From: Thermodesulfobacteriota bacterium
GTDB taxonomy: Bacteria; Desulfobacterota; Desulfobulbia; Desulfobulbales; SURF-16
Direction: 5' to 3'
Assembly (NCBI GenBank): GCA_039715015.1
Contig: JBDLIE010000032.1
Coordinates: 1 to 28,781, forward strand
Length of the DNA: 28,781 nucleotides
This document shows positions 9,235 to 17,281 of this stretch, piece by piece. The translations under genes were made by a program, and so were the position numbers. How positions within the stretch are numbered: the first letter of the stretch is position 1; the number at the start of each line of letters is the position of its first letter. The notes below the pieces were generated by a model. That model did not search any database and was not told the DNA's origin. It saw only the letters and a list, made by a program, of their open reading frames with translations.

Positions 9235-10183
9235 CGCCTATCCATTTCTGCATGGCTCTGACGTTATCATAAATATCGTCTGACACCTCTACGAAGCGAT
9301 CTATCATGATTTCAGCGAGGATCTCCCGCCCCTGCGCATCTTCATGCATGTGGAGAAAAATGGAGCGCAGCTCTTCCTTGAGCTGGTTATCCAACCCCTT
9401 TGGGACCACCAGCGGTGGAATACCATAAGGCGCTGATTTGCTGATAATTTTTGTTTTTGATGTATAGAGAGGATCCTTGAGGCTCATATAGTCCCAGACA
9501 AGACTATCAACCGCTGCGCCATCAACCAGTTTTTTTGCCACGGCCTCTATGGATTTATCGTGGCTGTATGTGAAGGTGAAATGGGAGAAAAAACGATTTT
9601 CATCTTCGCCCATCAGTGCCAGCATATACGTTGGCGAGAGCTTCCCTGTATTTGACATGGGATCGGTGAAGGCAAACCTCTTGCCCCGCAAATCGCGCAA
9701 GGACTGCGCCGTACTATCCTGGGGCACGATAATATAGGAATAATAAACGGGCTTGCCGTATGCCACCGGGGCAACAAGCAACTCCATGCCAAAATCATCA
9801 TGGCCCTGAACATAGGCGCCGGTACAGACAAAGGCGGCATCCAGCTCGTTTTCTTTGAGCAGATTGTTGACCTCTTCATAGGTTTCACGTTGGACAAGCT
9901 GGATGGGAAGGGATATTTTTTGCGAGATATAGACAAGGATTTCTTTATAAAAACCAAAGGTCTCCTTGGGGGAGATCATTGCCGCAACAGCGATTTTAAG
10001 TGATTCTTCTCTTTTCGCGGCTGTCGGTACCGTCAGGATCTTTTCACTTTTCTGAAGGGAAATTTTTTTCACATCTTGGGGCTGATCGCATCCGCAGCCA
10101 ACAAAGATCCAGGCCATAAAACCGAAAAACAGCATCAAAGGCTGCATTTTCGGTTTCATGGCATTAAAGATTTCCCGACTCAT
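9224..10183 (-). CDS. PhnD/SsuA-family periplasmic oxyanion-binding lipoprotein (AioX/ArrT-like)
   Basis: Lipobox-like FVGC, PhnD-type motifs (YYSYIIV, DLRGKRFAFTDPMSNTG, SHDKSI.AV, DGAAVD) and a Cys in DAAFVCTGAY. Overlaps the downstream kinase by 11 bp. Confidence 0.85.
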   Translation of the reverse strand: MSREIFNAMKPKMQPLMLFFGFMAWIFVGCGCDQPQDVKKISLQKSEKILTVPTAAKREESLKIAVAAMISPKETFGFYKEILVYISQKISLPIQLVQRETYEEVNNLLKENELDAAFVCTGAYVQGHDDFGMELLVAPVAYGKPVYYSYIIVPQDSTAQSLRDLRGKRFAFTDPMSNTGKLSPTYMLALMGEDENRFFSHFTFTYSHDKSIEAVAKKLVDGAAVDSLVWDYMSLKDPLYTSKTKIISKSAPYGIPPLVVPKGLDNQLKEELRSIFLHMHEDAQGREILAEIMIDRFVEVSDDIYDNVRAMQKWIGDEK

Positions 10184-10254
10184 ACCAACTCCCTTTCAGA
10201 GAAAAGTAAACACCCCCATCAATCATTTAAATAGTATCACATCAGCATGGGAAC

Positions 10255-11760
10255 TTAACAAAAAAAGGCGGCGTGATTGGAGGTAAAAATGGCTGGATCG
10301 CGGCGGAGGATGGCTGCCACGGCTGGGTCGCGCTTGAACTCCTGATCGAGGAAGCGTCTGACTTCTTTACGGTCCCAGCCCAGGGGATGGCTGAAGTCGG
10401 TGTAGAGGGTGAGATCGCCGCCGTAGAAGCTGTGCACTGCCAGAGTAGTGGCATCAGGCCCGCAGACCGGCATATTAAAGACGGCAAGGTTGAGAAAGGT
10501 GATTGCCTCCTGGTGGCGGCGGACAAACTCTAAAGTCTTTCTCGCCTCGGCAATGGACTCACACGGGGTGCCGAAGAGGAGATAGACATAGGTGGCTATC
10601 CCGGCTTCACGCAGGGCGGCAAGGGCCCGCGACACCAAATCAAGATCAATGCCCTTATCCATCTTGTCCAGTACTCCCTGGTCCCCTGATTCCAAGCCAA
10701 GCTTGAGCATCAGGCAGCCTGACTGCCGTAACCGTTTACAGAAATCAACATCGGCCAGGAGCGGTGCCACCCTGGCAAAGCCGTACCAATCCAGCCCCGG
10801 GGGTTCCTCGGCCAAGGCCCTCATAAGGGCCGGACTAACGGCGTTGTCGAGAAGATGAAGGAGGCGGGGCTGATGACGCCTGGTCAGCTCGGCAAGATCG
10901 GCAAGCACCGCCTGGGGCGGCACCTGTTGATAAGGATTGTCTTCGGCCTTTTCCGGGCAAAAGGAGCATTTGTTCCAATAGCAGCCTGAGGAGGCTGCAT
11001 AGGGCAGGATCAGGCCGGGGGCCAGATAATCATCCAGCGGCAGGCCATCATAGTCCGGGCCATGGAGATCTTGATTAGCAGTGACACCAAAGAGTGCAAG
11101 CAGCGCGGCCCCTCCCGGCCCGGCCACCAGGTGGTCGACCAAACCGGCAAAGGGATCAACAAAGGCGGGATTGCTGAGCCACGAGGTGACCAGGCCGCCG
11201 CCCAGCACCACCGGCAGGTCTGGGTATTTTTTTTTCAGGAAGCCAATCAAGGCAAAGGCGGCAACGGCCTGGCTCAGGTAGTTGAGGGAGATGCCGACCA
11301 TTTTGGGGTTTTCAGTGTTGATCAGCTCGGGCAGTCGAGCTGCAAAATAGGGATGAAAGATATTTGTCTCTGGCGTTGCTGCGGCGCGCAGCAGGTCCTC
11401 ACTCCGGAGCGGTGACAAATCTTTATCCTGATAGTTGGCAAGACCGATATCCAGGCCATGGGAGCGACCGATCATATCGACAACCCTGCCAAGATCAGCC
11501 ACGGCCCGCTGGTAGCGAGCCTGGTTGGTGTAGAGCTGCGCATCTTTGAGGCTGGCCAGGTTGGCGACCAGACCCCGGCAGGCGCGGCGACTCCAGGTAT
11601 CAGTAGGCCCAGGTGGCGAGTCAAGGAGATACAACAACCCCTCAAGGTTGGCGTCCACCAAGGTGCAGGGTAAGCCATTGCCGCGCAGGATTCCAGCGAG
11701 GAGGGCAATGCCCGCCGGTGGTTCGCAAGGCTTGGCAACAGGAGGGAAAATGAGCAACAT
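10255..11760 (-). CDS. B12-binding domain radical SAM protein (class B-like)
   Basis: CYWNKCSFC (CxxxCxxC) motif, an upstream Rossmann-like cobalamin-binding region (VGISL...PVVLGG), and GLESG / MDKG radical SAM barrel motifs. Confidence 0.88.
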   Translation of the reverse strand: MLLIFPPVAKPCEPPAGIALLAGILRGNGLPCTLVDANLEGLLYLLDSPPGPTDTWSRRACRGLVANLASLKDAQLYTNQARYQRAVADLGRVVDMIGRSHGLDIGLANYQDKDLSPLRSEDLLRAAATPETNIFHPYFAARLPELINTENPKMVGISLNYLSQAVAAFALIGFLKKKYPDLPVVLGGGLVTSWLSNPAFVDPFAGLVDHLVAGPGGAALLALFGVTANQDLHGPDYDGLPLDDYLAPGLILPYAASSGCYWNKCSFCPEKAEDNPYQQVPPQAVLADLAELTRRHQPRLLHLLDNAVSPALMRALAEEPPGLDWYGFARVAPLLADVDFCKRLRQSGCLMLKLGLESGDQGVLDKMDKGIDLDLVSRALAALREAGIATYVYLLFGTPCESIAEARKTLEFVRRHQEAITFLNLAVFNMPVCGPDATTLAVHSFYGGDLTLYTDFSHPLGWDRKEVRRFLDQEFKRDPAVAAILRRDPAIFTSNHAAFFC

Positions 11761-11782
11761 CGGTGGGGCGGCTCCCGGGAGA

Positions 11783-12499
11783 TTAGGCCGCTATCTTCTG
11801 CGACAGCTGGTTTTGGAAAGAGAGCGCTTTTTTCGGGCAGTTCATCACGCAGTTGGAGCAGCGCAGGCATTCGATGGAGGCCACTTGGCCGAGGCCATCT
11901 TCTTTTTTAAAATTCCCGGGGTAGGTGGATAGAGGACAGACCTTCTGGCATTTCTTGCACTGCACGCAGCTCTCATCCACGGTGAGCAGATAGGTGTTCT
12001 TGCTCATCACGCCCTGCAGCGACCCCATGGGGCAGACCGTGCACCAGATCCGCGGCTTAAAGAAAATACCGAGGCCAACGGCAAGTGAGGTGGAGATAAC
12101 CCACATCATCCGAAACACAGCACCAATTGCCCTGCTATCTCCCCAGGCCATATAAAGGCGCGAGAGCATCAGCCCCATCATTGCCACAAAGAGCAGCCAG
12201 CGAAACCAGCTTGACTTGAAAATGGGCAAAATTGGCCGTTTGAAGCTCAGCAAAGCAAGAAAGCGCTCATGAAAAGCGCCCATGGGGCAGAGCCAACCAC
12301 AATAAAACCGCCCTCTCCTGCCGGCCAGCATAAGAAAGATGGTGATAAGCCCTAGAACCGTAAAGCCGATCCTCGGGCAGAAATACCCCCCCACAATAAC
12401 CAGTGGCAGAAGCAGGGCCATAAGATACTGACTGATGTTACGGCAGCAGACCTCTTGAACCTTATTTTTAGACTTTGCTTTGTTCTTTTTGTTTTTCAT
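11783..12499 (-). CDS. Membrane 4Fe-4S binding protein (NapH/MauN-like polyferredoxin)
   Basis: About 4 TM segments, FYCGWLCPMG and WCTVCPMG motifs, and two CxxCxxCxxxCP ferredoxin motifs at the C-terminus. Confidence 0.9.
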   Translation of the reverse strand: MKNKKNKAKSKNKVQEVCCRNISQYLMALLLPLVIVGGYFCPRIGFTVLGLITIFLMLAGRRGRFYCGWLCPMGAFHERFLALLSFKRPILPIFKSSWFRWLLFVAMMGLMLSRLYMAWGDSRAIGAVFRMMWVISTSLAVGLGIFFKPRIWCTVCPMGSLQGVMSKNTYLLTVDESCVQCKKCQKVCPLSTYPGNFKKEDGLGQVASIECLRCSNCVMNCPKKALSFQNQLSQKIAA

Positions 12500-13131
12500 A
12501 AGTTATTTCATCGTCCGATATAATGAATGTTTCTCAGGGACATCTATGCTGAAAAATACCCCACTGGCCAGAGGAAAACCAGCAACAAAAAAACCGGGCC
12601 TCGCCCCTATTTCTTAATTTTCTCCTGGCGCCGGCCTTGAAGGGAATTGTTTATGAGCGAAAGCAGGTCCCTTGAGAGCCTTGAGGCACATGAATTTGGA
12701 CCTTTTTCCTCTTTAGAGAAAGGTGGAGCTGATAGCGCTGACATTTGAGTGCAAACTTCGCAAACAGCCGATTCGAGGATGGCCTTTTTAGACGGGCGGC
12801 CGGCAAGAGCCCACATAAGAAAAGAAAAACGCCTTCCAGCGAAAATCAGAGTGGCCGGGGCTATGACAATTAATGTTTTCAGCAGAATTCATTATTCCTT
12901 ATTTGTGATGGAAACGGCACTTCAACAGGGGGTTTTGTTCAGGAAAACGGAATCCAGAACAATCTACAAAAATAGAGACCGGAAGAGCTACGTCAACAAC
13001 GCAACTAATTTAATACGTTTTTTTCCATATCACCTTTTCGCCAAAACGGCATAAAAATTGCCTCATAACGACTAGGACTCCTTTGAAAAAGGCCTTTTTA
13101 AATACAAATTCAAACATAAGGATAATAGATC

Positions 13132-14967
13132 ATGCTTAATTTAAACATGTTGGGCGCACATGTGGGGCGTGCATTTCCTGACGAGCTCTATCTTGCTATC
13201 CTTCTCCCAGACGTCCTCCCGGCAAAACAATACCGTCTCTTTGCCGACATCGTTCATGCCGAAGATCAATTTAATCCCAAAATCGCTGCTGTTTCCGTAG
13301 AACTCTCCGGGGATGAAAACGGCATGTGGAGCTATGAGGGGCGTTTGAGCGACCTAGACCGTCCCATCGGTGGCCACATCGGTGAAGCAGGCCGTTATCT
13401 CTACCGCTATCGACTGCTGCGGGGGAGCGAGACATTGGTTCATTATTTTGCTGATCCCTACGCCACCACCAGTGGTACCGGCACAAACTCGGCCTTCGAC
13501 TACCCAGCAATACCTGGCCACCAATGGCAGGATCAAGATTTCAAAGTTCCTAATCTTAATGACGTTATCATGTACGAATTAATGGTGGATGACTTTGCCG
13601 ATAATTTTGAAGGGGTAATGGAGGCTCTTCCCTACCTGAAGAGCCTTGGAGTCAATTGCCTTGAGCTCATGCCAGTAACCAATATCCCCGAGCCTTATCG
13701 GTGGGGATATATGCCCATGAGTTACTTTGCCATTGAAGAGCGTTATGGCGGTCAGGAAAAACTAAAAGTCCTGGTGGACGCCTGCCATGGAGAAGGAGTT
13801 GCTGTCATCCATGACGCTGTTTATGCACACATGCATGAAGAATTCTGCTTCCGAAACGTTTACTGGGCTGCTGGTGAGGACAATCCAATGATCGGGCCTT
13901 TCGCCGGTGACATGTTCGGGGTTGGTCCAGATTTCAATAAAAGCTTCGCCTATGATTACTTCATGGCGGTCAATAATTACTTTATCAATGAGTTGCACAT
14001 AGACGGATTCCGTTACGATTATGTGCCCGGCTTCTACGACGGCCCTGTCGGCAACGGCTATGCGCGACTGGTTCATGACACTTACCAGGCCACTAAAAAT
14101 ATCCCCCGCTTCAACAGCGGCGGCCATAACCACATTATCCAGGTTGCAGAGTATCTTGACAAACCCAAAGAGGTTTTAGAGAAGACCTACACCACCGCCA
14201 GCAAACGATGGTGGCCCATGCTCAAAGCGCAGCAGATGGTACGCCAAAGCGGCAAGGTACCAGAAGGCTTTGTTCATGATATGTTGCTGATTGACCTCGG
14301 CTCACCCTGGCCCAGTGAGTACCGCAACGGTGACGACCACTTTCCTGTTGCGCCATTGCAGTTCATCGAATCCCATGACAAAAGCCGTCTGATGTATTTT
14401 CTAAGCGGTGAGCACTCCCCTTATCAGGGTGGTTTCGACCTCTTTAACCGTGACCGTAAACAGTGGTACCGCCTCCAACCCTTTGCCATCGCCCTCATGA
14501 GTTCGGTGGGCGTCCCCTTGCTGTGGCAAGGACAGGAGTTTGCTGAAATTTACGGCAAGGACGATGATGGCGGCTCAAGGGTATTAGCAGCACGCCCCTT
14601 GCACTGGAACTACTTCTATGAAAAAGGAGGGCGTGATCTCGTCAACCTCTACCGCCGCCTGGGCAAACTGCGCCAACAATACCAAGCCTTGCGGAGCCGT
14701 ATCGCCTATTATTATCACCATCACTCTGACCTGGACCGAGGGTTGATTGCCTATCAACGTATCCCTGATAACAGTAATGAGCCAAGCGTTATGGTCCTGC
14801 TCAACTTCGGCAATTTCAGCGGCACGCTCCGGGTTCCTTTTCCGAAGGCTGGACCTTGGCATGAGCAGCTCAACGGCCATGAGGATATTCTCGAGGTGCC
14901 CAGCGACCTTGCTGTCATGAATATCGATATCCCTTCAAACTATGGCAAAGTTTTCATCTCAGCGTAG
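13132..14967 (+). CDS. Glycoside hydrolase family 13 (alpha-amylase family; branching-enzyme/trehalohydrolase-like)
   Basis: ELMPV..WGY.P, DAVYAH, catalytic DGFRYD, VAE and ESHD regions, N-terminal DPYA, AAGGA RBS. No obvious signal peptide. Confidence 0.9.
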   Translation: MLNLNMLGAHVGRAFPDELYLAILLPDVLPAKQYRLFADIVHAEDQFNPKIAAVSVELSGDENGMWSYEGRLSDLDRPIGGHIGEAGRYLYRYRLLRGSETLVHYFADPYATTSGTGTNSAFDYPAIPGHQWQDQDFKVPNLNDVIMYELMVDDFADNFEGVMEALPYLKSLGVNCLELMPVTNIPEPYRWGYMPMSYFAIEERYGGQEKLKVLVDACHGEGVAVIHDAVYAHMHEEFCFRNVYWAAGEDNPMIGPFAGDMFGVGPDFNKSFAYDYFMAVNNYFINELHIDGFRYDYVPGFYDGPVGNGYARLVHDTYQATKNIPRFNSGGHNHIIQVAEYLDKPKEVLEKTYTTASKRWWPMLKAQQMVRQSGKVPEGFVHDMLLIDLGSPWPSEYRNGDDHFPVAPLQFIESHDKSRLMYFLSGEHSPYQGGFDLFNRDRKQWYRLQPFAIALMSSVGVPLLWQGQEFAEIYGKDDDGGSRVLAARPLHWNYFYEKGGRDLVNLYRRLGKLRQQYQALRSRIAYYYHHHSDLDRGLIAYQRIPDNSNEPSVMVLLNFGNFSGTLRVPFPKAGPWHEQLNGHEDILEVPSDLAVMNIDIPSNYGKVFISA

Positions 14968-15478
14968 AATAGGCTGCCTTACTCCGGTATGAGGAAAACA
15001 GCATGGGGATCATTCGGGGGTCTGTTCCCTAATCTGCTTCAACCTCTTCTCTACTCAGTGCATGGTGGTCTTGAAGGAGGTTGCCTGAATTTTCCGTCTG
15101 CCCATGGGTTCTCTGAAAACGGCCAGGGCGCTTTCGAAAAATGGTTTTACCCATATAACCCCTCCCAACACTCTCCAATGAAATCGCCACAACGCAACTC
15201 TTTGCCTGCAGGGACATAAACCGCAAAAACACTAGAGGGCCAAAGGCAAAAAGAAGCCTAACAAAGTGGCCACAATTTTTGGATAAGTTCGTTTCATTTT
15301 CCAGGGGAAAATTGCTATGCTTTATGAAGCAATACTCCTTTGAGTATTTGTGCGGATAAAAAAGTTGTGCTATCTACCGGGATATCACCCTTGCTGGGTT
15401 TGTCTGGAATTATTGCCATGAGCATACGCCCCATTGAGCTGACCCGTTAGGAGGCTTTTACCGACGCCCGGGGCAAAC

Positions 15479-17281
15479 ATGATCAGCAAAGACCAGATTG
15501 ACAAGCATCTATCAGACCATAAAAAACATAAATCTCTGCGATATATCGTGCCCTTAGCCGTTATTGTTGCGGCTGCCGGCATACGGGTGTGGCCACTGGG
15601 CGCTCTGGAATTACGTATTCCCTGGGTGACGTTTTATCCGGCCGTAATGGCCACCGCTCTCTACGGCGGCTTTTCCTCCGGCATGCTCGCCACTCTTCTC
15701 GCAGCCCTTACCGTTATATTCTGGTCACCCACCGACCTCCCTTTCATTGATGATCCCGGCGATTGGCTGGGCATGGCAGTCTTTAGTGTCAACGGCACCT
15801 TGATCTCGCTGATGAGCGGCGCCATGCATCGCGCCAAGGCGGCGGCGACACGGGCAAAGGAGCAGGCCGAAGCGGCCAATCAGGCCAAGAGCGTTTTTCT
15901 AGCCAACATGAGCCACGAGCTTCGCACACCGCTCAATGCGATTCTAGGGTTCACCAATCTGTTGAGCAAGGCCCCTGATCTCTCCCCCCAGCAGGCGGAA
16001 AAGTTGGCCATTATATCTCACAGCGGTGAAAACCTGCAGGACCTCATCAATAACGTGCTGGACATCTCCAAAATCGAGGCCGGTCACATGGTGAGGGAGG
16101 ATAGCGAGGTCAATCTGCTACGGCTGCTCCATGAAGTAGAGGCATTAATGTCTGTGAAGGTCATGGATAAAGGGTTGAGCTTCAACATGGTGCTGTCAGA
16201 GGACCTTCCCCGGGATATCACGGTTGACCCGGGCAAGTTGCGCCAGGTACTGACCAATCTCATTGCAAACGGTGTCAAATATACCGAAAGAGGCGGCGTC
16301 TCCCTTAAGGCGTCAATGGTGGAACAGCAGTCATCCGGCCTGGGGCGGCTGCGGGTCGAGGTGGAGGATTCAGGCATTGGCATTCGCCAGGAGGATCACG
16401 GGATTATCTTCTCCCCTTTCGCACAAAGCGGCGAACAGCCTGCCACCGAAACCGGCACCGGCTTGGGACTGCCCATTTGCCAACAATTTATTGAACTCAT
16501 GGGCGGCCACATCGGCGTTACCAGTGAGCCGGGCAAGGGATCAATATTTCACTTCGAGATCCCGGTACAGATCTCTTCCTCGCCTGCTAAGACCTTCGCA
16601 GCCCCGCATCATGAGCGCGTTACAGGCCTGGCGGCTGGCCAGCAACGCTATCGTCTTCTCATCGCTGAAGACAAAATGGAGAATCGACTGCTTCTCCGTA
16701 ATCTTCTTGAGCCTCTGGGTTTTGAACTTCGCGAGGTGGTCAACGGCCAGGAGGCGGTGCAGCAATTCGAACAGTGGCACCCTCACCTGATCTGGATGGA
16801 CATCCGTATGCCCGTGCTGGACGGATTGGAAGCAACCAAGCGTATCAAGGCAAGCAAGGCCGGTGCTGACACCAAGATCGTCGCCCTCACGGCCCACGCC
16901 CTGGAGGAGGAGCGCCGCGAGATACTTGAGGCCGGCTGCGATGAATTCATCCGCAAGCCATACCGGGATACGGAACTCTTTGATGCCCTGGCAAAACAGC
17001 TGGACGTCCGTTTTATATACGCCAAGAAAGAGCTGCCAGCCACGGCTAGCCAGGAGCTCAAGCTGGACGAAGAGCAACTGAAGAAGATCCCCTTAGACTT
17101 GCTCACAAACTTGCGAGTGGACGCAGAACTTTTGGACGAGGAGCATTGCCTTATAACTGCCGGGAAGGTGAGCGCTCATAACCAGGGCCTGGGTGAGAGT
17201 TTGCGCCACATGGTGGAAGAATTGCAGTACAAGGAAATTTTGGCGGCCGTGGACAAGGTAACCAGCCCGGGAGCAAAATGA
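15479..17281 (+). CDS. Hybrid sensor histidine kinase with KdpD-like (DUF4118-type) membrane domain and REC
   Basis: Four hydrophobic segments, [15 protein letters not shown]-box, GTGLGL, and a receiver with AED, WMD and RKP followed by a helical tail. Confidence 0.93.
   Translation: MISKDQIDKHLSDHKKHKSLRYIVPLAVIVAAAGIRVWPLGALELRIPWVTFYPAVMATALYGGFSSGMLATLLAALTVIFWSPTDLPFIDDPGDWLGMAVFSVNGTLISLMSGAMHRAKAAATRAKEQAEAANQAKSVFLANMSHELRTPLNAILGFTNLLSKAPDLSPQQAEKLAIISHSGENLQDLINNVLDISKIEAGHMVREDSEVNLLRLLHEVEALMSVKVMDKGLSFNMVLSEDLPRDITVDPGKLRQVLTNLIANGVKYTERGGVSLKASMVEQQSSGLGRLRVEVEDSGIGIRQEDHGIIFSPFAQSGEQPATETGTGLGLPICQQFIELMGGHIGVTSEPGKGSIFHFEIPVQISSSPAKTFAAPHHERVTGLAAGQQRYRLLIAEDKMENRLLLRNLLEPLGFELREVVNGQEAVQQFEQWHPHLIWMDIRMPVLDGLEATKRIKASKAGADTKIVALTAHALEEERREILEAGCDEFIRKPYRDTELFDALAKQLDVRFIYAKKELPATASQELKLDEEQLKKIPLDLLTNLRVDAELLDEEHCLITAGKVSAHNQGLGESLRHMVEELQYKEILAAVDKVTSPGAK

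Noticed and set aside
9224..10183. Calling this gene phnD of a phosphonate ABC transporter
   Set aside because: No phnC or phnE is adjacent and the gene is coupled to a kinase, so no symbol was assigned.
12749..13054. 101-aa plus-strand ORF upstream of the GH13 gene
   Set aside because: No convincing RBS or motif, and it overlaps the minus-strand candidate; probably spurious.
15220..15478. Long leader before the kinase operon examined for a riboswitch or sigma54 promoter
   Set aside because: No c-di-GMP, cobalamin or other riboswitch consensus and no -24/-12 match found by eye; an Rfam scan would be needed to exclude one.
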